A stretch of DNA of 64,000 nt. Source: Armatimonadota bacterium (GTDB lineage: Bacteria > Armatimonadota > HRBIN16). Below, in pieces: positions 58,169-64,000 of the stretch. A model generated the notes under the pieces. It searched no databases and was not told the origin of the DNA. It saw nothing but the letters and a program-made list of their open reading frames with translations. The position numbers and the translations under genes are program-made. Location: assembly GCA_963677485.1 (NCBI GenBank), contig OY781964.1, forward strand, positions 4,224,001 to 4,288,000, in the 5' to 3' direction. The first letter of the stretch is position 1. Each line of letters starts with the position of its first letter.

Positions 58169-59212
58169 TCACCGTATGAATATCTCCTCGTCAGAGAGCA
58201 ACGGCTGGGCCATGGCTGAAGGCTCAGCTTGATACCAGTAGGCTGTACTGGCAAAGTCATCACGTCGGGAGCGGTGCCCATGGGGTGTGAAGTGCATATT
58301 CTGCAGTGTCATGCGGAAATTCTTGTCGAAATGGATGGGGTCGGGTATGTGCCAGCGGTAGAGCATAAACCGCGGCTGATAGTTATACCGCACACCATCG
58401 CCGCCAATCACGGCATACATACCGGCGTATAACCCAGAATAGGGTTGGTATTTACCGAGCTCGCTGTCATACCCAAACGCGAAGGAACCGCAGAAGTAGT
58501 CTTCCGTGCCCGTATAGTTGACCGAAGGAAACTTATCATCGTCAATATACATCTTCGCTTCACCTTCTACCCAGCAGCCGTTATCACCGTTGGTGCCAGT
58601 AAACAGCGCAACGCCCGCAAAGTGGCCGTTCCCCCGAATACCATCCACGATGGTATAGGCTTGATTTTGGGCAACGGGGCGTTCCTGACGGTAGCAGGCG
58701 TGGAAATATCCGCTGTTGTCAGCCACTTCGCCTTTTTCAAGCGTGATGGTGTAGTAGGTGAACAGTGTATCCTTGGGCGAGCGGTTCTCGAGTGTGATCC
58801 GGCAGTGCTTGCGAAACGGCATGGGCCAGTAGCAATTCATGCCTCGACAGGGGGCGACCATCACCATGGCGGAATTCAGCGTAGGGAAGTTTCCCGATGT
58901 GTCTTTCACTGTGTCCGGGTAGCCATATCCGAAGAAGGCACCCAGGGGAACCTCCACGGAAGGCTGCTCCTGACCATCCCAGTAGATGCGGATGATGAAG
59001 CTCTGACTGATATGTCCGCCAATCCACATGCTGCGCACGCTGCCTGGGCCATCGGTATCAACCAGCACCAGCGTTTGACCAGCCTCAACTGCGATCGATG
59101 GATTCAACTTTTCACAGGGTTCGCCCTTTGACCCGCCTCCCCTGGAGCCGTTAGGGTTCTCAGGTGAGTAGGCATAACTCTTCACGTTACGGATTTGCGA
59201 AATGTCGGTCAT
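58169..59212 (-). CDS. DUF2961 / GH172 family glycoside hydrolase
   Basis: SPENP.G..GGG, IYWDG..PSVEVPLG.FF, NCYWPMPF, WVEGE.K, TGTEDYF and YRWHI.DPI motifs. Confidence 0.9.
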   Translation of the reverse strand: MTDISQIRNVKSYAYSPENPNGSRGGGSKGEPCEKLNPSIAVEAGQTLVLVDTDGPGSVRSMWIGGHISQSFIIRIYWDGQEQPSVEVPLGAFFGYGYPDTVKDTSGNFPTLNSAMVMVAPCRGMNCYWPMPFRKHCRITLENRSPKDTLFTYYTITLEKGEVADNSGYFHACYRQERPVAQNQAYTIVDGIRGNGHFAGVALFTGTNGDNGCWVEGEAKMYIDDDKFPSVNYTGTEDYFCGSFAFGYDSELGKYQPYSGLYAGMYAVIGGDGVRYNYQPRFMLYRWHIPDPIHFDKNFRMTLQNMHFTPHGHRSRRDDFASTAYWYQAEPSAMAQPLLSDEEIFIR

Positions 59213-59306
59213 CAGGGTGGGTTTCTCCTATATACTGGCGGCCAGGTTACTGGTGGTCGGGCCCCATGTCGACTTATGATAACAAACTACCAGAGCAATA
59301 ACAACC

Positions 59307-59339
59307 AAAACCCCCTCCAGACTGACGCCTGGAGGGGGT
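59307..59339 (-). terminator. Intrinsic terminator of argS
   Basis: accccctccag/ctggagggggt stem followed by TTTT on the minus strand. Confidence 0.75.
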
Positions 59340-59363
59340 AAGATCTGGATGCCGCGAGAGAGG

Positions 59364-61040
59364 CTACATGCTCTCCGGGGCGGAGACACCCAGAAGGTCA
59401 AGTGCGTTGTGCAGAGTGATCTGTGCAGCCTGAACCAGCGCCAGCCGGGCTTTAGAGAGTTCGAGCGGTGTATCGGGATGCACCACTTTACAGTTCTGGT
59501 AGAAGCGGTGGAAGGTGTCCGCCACTTCACGGCAATACTGCGTCATGCGGTGAGGTGCCCTCTGCGAAGCGGCGGTCAGAATCTCCTCTGGCAGTTCCGC
59601 GATCTTCTTGATCAAGTTGATCTCGTGCTCAGAGGTGAGTCCGCTCAGGTCCTGCGTGGCAACATCGGGAAGGGGGATACCCTCCTCAGCGGCTTTCCGC
59701 AGGATGCTGCAGATACGCGCATGGGCATATTGCACGTAGTAGACCGGGTTCTCGTTGCTCTTCTTGGTGGCCAGTTCGATGTCAAAATCCAGACCGGTGT
59801 CACTGCTGCGCATCAACAAGAAGAAGCGTGTGGCATCTCTGCCGGCCTCTTCCAGAACATCGCGAAGCGTCACCACGTTGCCTGCCCGTTTGCTCATGCG
59901 GACCATCTCGCCGCCCTTAAAGATGCGCACGATCTGGTGGATGAGAACTTCCAGCTTATCGCTGCCGTAACCCAGCATATCAACTGCTGCTTTGGTGCGG
60001 GCAACATAACCATGATGGTCAGGGCCCCAGATGTCGATCAGTGTGTCAAATCCGCGGTCTAGCTTGTTTTTGTGGTAGGCGGTGTCTGCAGCGATGTAGG
60101 TCGGCTGCCCATTCGCACGCACGATCACGCGGTCTTTGTCGTCACCATACTGGGTGGATCGCAGCCAGAGCGCGCCTTCGTTCTCGTAGACAAAGTTGGC
60201 GGCTTTGAGCTGTTCGATACAGCGCATCACTTCACCGCTGTCGTGAAGCTCCTTTTCGCTGAACCACACATCGAACTCGATACCAAAATCAGCCAGGTCC
60301 TGCTTCTGCTGGGCTTTCATCGCGGCCTCGGCGTAGGTGCGGAAGCGGGCACTCACCTCATCGGCTGCGCCGATGACATAGTCAGGCCCGAACTGCTGCA
60401 GCATCTCACGGGCGATGTCGATCACGTATTCGCCTTCGTAAGCATCGCTGGGCATGGCGATCTCTTGGCCGAGGAGCTGCTTATAACGGACCAGCAGCGA
60501 GTCGGCGAAGTTCTGCATCTGCAAGGAGTTCAGGGCATCGTTCACGTAAAACTCGCAGGTCACGTCGTAACCAGCGGCTTTCAACATACGCGCAAGGCTG
60601 TCGCCGATAGCACCACCACGGCCATGGGCCATGTGGATCGGGCCATTGGGATTGGCACTCACGAATTCGATGTTGATCTTGTGCCCGTTGCCAATCTGGC
60701 TATGGCCGTAACTGCATCCTGCAGCACAAATTTCGCGAACCAGTTCATGCAGCCAATCAGGCTTCAGTTTGAAATTGATGAAGCCACCGCCAGCCACAGA
60801 TACCTCAGTCACGAGGCGGTCCTCCGGCATGTGCTTGATGAGGATATTCGCAATTTCGAACGGCTTCTTACCGGCCTGCTTCGCTAATAACATCGCAATA
60901 TTCGCGCTGAAATCACCGAATGATGTGTTCTTCGGTGGATCGACGCTGAAGTCGGGCATCGTATCAAAAGAGAGAGCACCGCTCTCTCGAGCATTCAGTA
61001 GAGCTTTTTGAACGAGATGGGTCACACGCAGCTTCGCCAT
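59364..61040 (-). CDS. argS: Arginine--tRNA ligase
   Basis: EFVSANPNGPIHMAHGR (HIGH region), DDKDRV, WGPDHHGY, MSKRAG and NPVYYVQYAHAR motifs. Confidence 0.98.
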   Translation of the reverse strand: MAKLRVTHLVQKALLNARESGALSFDTMPDFSVDPPKNTSFGDFSANIAMLLAKQAGKKPFEIANILIKHMPEDRLVTEVSVAGGGFINFKLKPDWLHELVREICAAGCSYGHSQIGNGHKINIEFVSANPNGPIHMAHGRGGAIGDSLARMLKAAGYDVTCEFYVNDALNSLQMQNFADSLLVRYKQLLGQEIAMPSDAYEGEYVIDIAREMLQQFGPDYVIGAADEVSARFRTYAEAAMKAQQKQDLADFGIEFDVWFSEKELHDSGEVMRCIEQLKAANFVYENEGALWLRSTQYGDDKDRVIVRANGQPTYIAADTAYHKNKLDRGFDTLIDIWGPDHHGYVARTKAAVDMLGYGSDKLEVLIHQIVRIFKGGEMVRMSKRAGNVVTLRDVLEEAGRDATRFFLLMRSSDTGLDFDIELATKKSNENPVYYVQYAHARICSILRKAAEEGIPLPDVATQDLSGLTSEHEINLIKKIAELPEEILTAASQRAPHRMTQYCREVADTFHRFYQNCKVVHPDTPLELSKARLALVQAAQITLHNALDLLGVSAPESM

Positions 61041-61113
61041 TTGGGGGTTATCCTCCCTATGAAAACAGAACGATGAACGCTCACCTATGGCGCGTTCATC
61101 GACTTGAACAAGT
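61021..61113 (+). repeat. argS 5' end and leader, copy 1 (degenerate copy at 62663-62755)
   Basis: First 33 bp identical (gtcacacgcagcttcgccatttgggggttatcc), then degenerate similarity including a conserved hairpin. Confidence 0.9.
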
Positions 61114-61321
61114 ACATATTATAACAGAATAATGACGGTAAATGGGTTACCAAACATGTCATTTTGTTGGGATATTCCGCCCAATTAGTGTGAAATCAGC
61201 ACAATATTACTATATAATAGCTGTTATTAATACTAGTCTTTATACTATCGGTATAAATTCATACACTTAATTCATCAGGCAGGGTAAACTTATGCCATCC
61301 TACACCAGAAAGGTGGATACT

Positions 61322-62455
61322 ATGAAGTTCTCTAACCTAGGCAAGCGTGTAATTCGAGTAGCAGCTTTCGCGCTACTGGCATTCGCTGTCAGCGGATGTG
61401 GAGGAAGCGGAAACGATGACAACCCATCAGGTGATACTACCTCAGGCACTGGCCTTTTCCCCAATAATGCAACTGCATTCAAAATGAGGGAAACAGTCGC
61501 CAGATCTGGCTCCGACGTGGTCGTGTGTTTGGGACAGCCAGTGGCCACACAGTTGGCGGGTGTCTCTGTAAGGCCTTTTGTCACGCCAACAAATACTGTC
61601 TATTTTCAGTATGTGAGCAGCAGCATTAAAATGTGGAATGGTGCAGAAATGGTGACTTTCCTGCCCAGCACTATTAAGGTTGGGGACACCTGGAGCTTCA
61701 TTAACAAGGGTGCGAACACCACTATGCTCGTTCTGCCAAGACAGACGATCACGGTGCCTGAAGGCACCTACCCTGACTGCTGGGGCTTCCAGATGACCTC
61801 GATAAGGTCATCGAAGACACAAATAACCACGCTGTGGTTCGCTGTCAACGTGGGTTTGATCAAGCAAACCGAGACGGTGGCCGGCACATTACAAAGCAGC
61901 TTGGAGCTTGTCTCTAGAAACTTGCCTGCATCGCAAGCGACAGGGGCTACCCTGTTACCTTTGGAATCAAAGACCTTGGTGATGGCCGCTACCATGAATG
62001 GTCAATCGTTAGCGGACGTTTTGATCACACTTGGGCGCCAAAATGCAGGAGTGACAACACTGACTACCCCCATTGGTCCGATGGATCTGTTCAATTCTGG
62101 TGACGCGTTGATGTTACGCATCGATGCATCTACTAGCTGGACCTTTATCCCAGCATCGGTTCAGGTCGGATCAACTTGGGCACCAGACGGTAGCCCCAAC
62201 ATGAGTGGCACTGTGACGAAAATAGAGACAGTGACAGTACCCGCAGGCAGCTTTAACTGCTTCGTGATCCAATTCCAAGGGATCAATGCTAACGGCAAGT
62301 GGTGGTGTGCACCCGGTGTGGGTGTCGTGAAATACGAGGCGACGCACCAGTATTGGGACCAGCCTACCGGAGTGTCTGTCGATCAACTCATCGACGAAAA
62401 CATGGTTCAGACAGGAACTCTAAAATACCTGAACATGACGGAAGTGGCTCCATAG
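61322..62455 (+). CDS. Lipoprotein with two tandem DUF3108-like beta-sheet domains
   Basis: Lipobox VSGC-GG; repeated VG(D/S)TW..T(I/V)TVP(E/A)G..C..W(F/C)A..VG(L/V)(I/V)K. Confidence 0.75.
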   Translation: MKFSNLGKRVIRVAAFALLAFAVSGCGGSGNDDNPSGDTTSGTGLFPNNATAFKMRETVARSGSDVVVCLGQPVATQLAGVSVRPFVTPTNTVYFQYVSSSIKMWNGAEMVTFLPSTIKVGDTWSFINKGANTTMLVLPRQTITVPEGTYPDCWGFQMTSIRSSKTQITTLWFAVNVGLIKQTETVAGTLQSSLELVSRNLPASQATGATLLPLESKTLVMAATMNGQSLADVLITLGRQNAGVTTLTTPIGPMDLFNSGDALMLRIDASTSWTFIPASVQVGSTWAPDGSPNMSGTVTKIETVTVPAGSFNCFVIQFQGINANGKWWCAPGVGVVKYEATHQYWDQPTGVSVDQLIDENMVQTGTLKYLNMTEVAP

Positions 62456-62467
62456 GCAAATATCAAA

Positions 62468-62495
62468 CTCTGCCACAGGTCAACCTGTGGCAGAG
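62468..62495 (+). terminator. Strong hairpin after the lipoprotein gene
   Basis: ctctgccacagg/cctgtggcagag stem; no U-tract. Confidence 0.5.
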
Positions 62496-62662
62496 CGACT
62501 CATATCATCGCAACCCGGTCATATCAAACTCCGAGGGCTGGAATTCATACCGCACCCATTTCTAAGGTAGTCATTTGGCGTAATACTGTATCGAGCGAAT
62601 TCCAGCTTTTCCTGTCGCTAGCTGCCCTTGATGATGACATAACTCTTGCCCTGTATCGGCTT

Positions 62663-62755
62663 GTCACACGCAGCTTCGCCATTTGGGGGTTATCCACCTT
62701 ATGAAACCAAACGATGAACGCTCACTAATTGCGCGTCCATCGACTAGAACGAGTA
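62663..62755 (+). repeat. argS 5' end and leader, copy 2 (non-coding)
   Basis: Direct repeat of 61021-61113. Confidence 0.9.
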
Positions 62756-63112
62756 TTTGTCATTACACATATTGTTTGATGGTATCGTGCGATTTCCTAG
62801 ATATGGTCATGTACAGAGTTCATTCGAACAAATTACCGTGGATCTTAGCCTCCAGATACAAATGTAATCATAGATGATGGAGCACCTCAATCATGTTTCC
62901 TTATGGTTTATCCTCAATATCTGGCGATATACACCCATCAATTTGACCGCGGGGCACTGTTGCTTTGCCATATCGCCTCATTGCCATAGAAATCAGCTAA
63001 TCCGTGACAACGGGATAGTATTTTAGCGTAATACTGTGTAGAGCGTATAACTGATGTTCCTGGAGTGGCGTTTGTGAATTATCAACGGCCCGTGACTCTT
63101 CGCGAGTGGGGT

Positions 63113-64000
63113 ATGGACTCGCCAAAGTGTGCAGGTTGCCCACAGAGGGTGCTTCTCGTGCTGTGCTTTGTGTTGATGTGCACAGCTTTACTATCAGGGT
63201 GCCGTCCTCAGCATTACATCGTAAAGCCTTCTTCGGCTTCCTCCATAAGAGAGTCGGCCAGTAACAAAGGCCAGTCACCAATGATAGGTCACGTACAGGT
63301 TGGAGCCTTTGCACCCGAATCTGCCGGGCTGTATGGTATCAAGAACGTCTCGCTAGCGGCGCTTGATAATGAGAAAACCTATGCCCTGTATCGGCTTGCC
63401 ATACGAAACACATATGGTGCGGAGCTATCGGACATGAACTACCTTGGGGTAGGATCCGTGGGATGGGAGCATCGGATGGGCATTTTTCGCAGGTGGCTAT
63501 TCCGAGCTTCGGCATACGGTGACCCCACCATCGCCATAGAGCCGACCGGCCCTGAGCAGTTTGGTGCATTTGCCGATACACCTGAAATGCGTGAACTAAG
63601 GTCGATATTCAGGGATGCGGATATAGCGGGTATCATCGTTTGGGTGCGGTTTGCCTCCGAGTGTAATCTGCGAAAAAGTGTCTATTCGGTCTACTATAAC
63701 AAGCTCAAAATCGCACAATACCGCAGTAAAGTGCGTTGGTTTCATGCGTATATGCCCGCGAATGCTCGGTTGGTGTTCAGCCCTCTGGTGAATACGGTCG
63801 CTTTAAAGCAACCTCAGCAACTCAATACTATACGCTCGATGTATGAACCTGGCGTCTATGCACGCATCGGAGGAACCCTCTACGCCACCCAATGGATAGA
63901 CCCTAATAAAGCCTTTGCCTGGTATCATACCTTTATGCGGCGTTTGGATGCCACCACTCCATTTCAAATATGCGAACTAGGCGGTACGCACAGCAAGAAG
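63113..64000 (+). CDS. GH26-like lipoprotein, runs off the window end (absent from the ORF track)
   Basis: Hand-translated open frame to 64000; lipobox LLSGC; IAIEP, WVRFASECN, LVFSP and PFQICELG motifs. Confidence 0.7.
   Translation, partial: MDSPKCAGCPQRVLLVLCFVLMCTALLSGCRPQHYIVKPSSASSIRESASNKGQSPMIGHVQVGAFAPESAGLYGIKNVSLAALDNEKTYALYRLAIRNTYGAELSDMNYLGVGSVGWEHRMGIFRRWLFRASAYGDPTIAIEPTGPEQFGAFADTPEMRELRSIFRDADIAGIIVWVRFASECNLRKSVYSVYYNKLKIAQYRSKVRWFHAYMPANARLVFSPLVNTVALKQPQQLNTIRSMYEPGVYARIGGTLYATQWIDPNKAFAWYHTFMRRLDATTPFQICELGGTHSKK

Noticed and set aside
59349-60887. Long antisense ORFs (59349-60062, 60072-60887; likewise 40853-41605, 1707-2444, 58445-59131)
   Set aside because: Shadow frames of well-supported genes with biased codons; no recognisable motifs.
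61041-61290. T-box leader for argS
   Set aside because: No GGUGGNACCGCG T-box or terminator/antiterminator pair; only one hairpin (61071-61101).
1-64000. tRNA, rRNA or prophage genes
   Set aside because: No cloverleaf or rRNA signatures, and no phage structural or integrase genes were recognised by eye; tRNAscan and barrnap would confirm.

Overview
Chromosomal segment of a diderm bacterium, probably Armatimonadota or a related Terrabacteria lineage. This is inferred from a three-gene MlaEFD with a barrel-bearing MlaD, paired dockerin-like C-termini and a PyrR-regulated pyr operon. Core genes (mlaEFD, rplI, dnaB, purD, pyrRBC-carAB, trxB, pstSCAB, argS) alternate with accessory blocks: three secreted 14-repeat RCC1/BLIP-II-like proteins plus a decayed fourth copy, glycoside hydrolases, a KimA-like K+ transporter, a complete repeat-flanked PTS operon and an orphan Rhs toxin/immunity cluster. 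The most striking signal is a 1656-bp single-ORF element (18285-19940) with no terminal inverted repeats. It is bounded by TTAG on both sides and has a terminal GCGGC-TAA-GCCGC hairpin, and removing it restores an RCC1 repeat in frame. Its protein shows Rep_trans-like motifs (QVEYATD, MYDK..LRIE) rather than DDE or HUH motifs, so it is a candidate rolling-circle-type transposon. Also noted: a half-length CarB, two microhomology-joined duplication scars, a frameshifted GH42-like gene and a long structured leader before kimA. No rRNA, tRNA or CRISPR array was seen. All calls are by eye; no searches were run.
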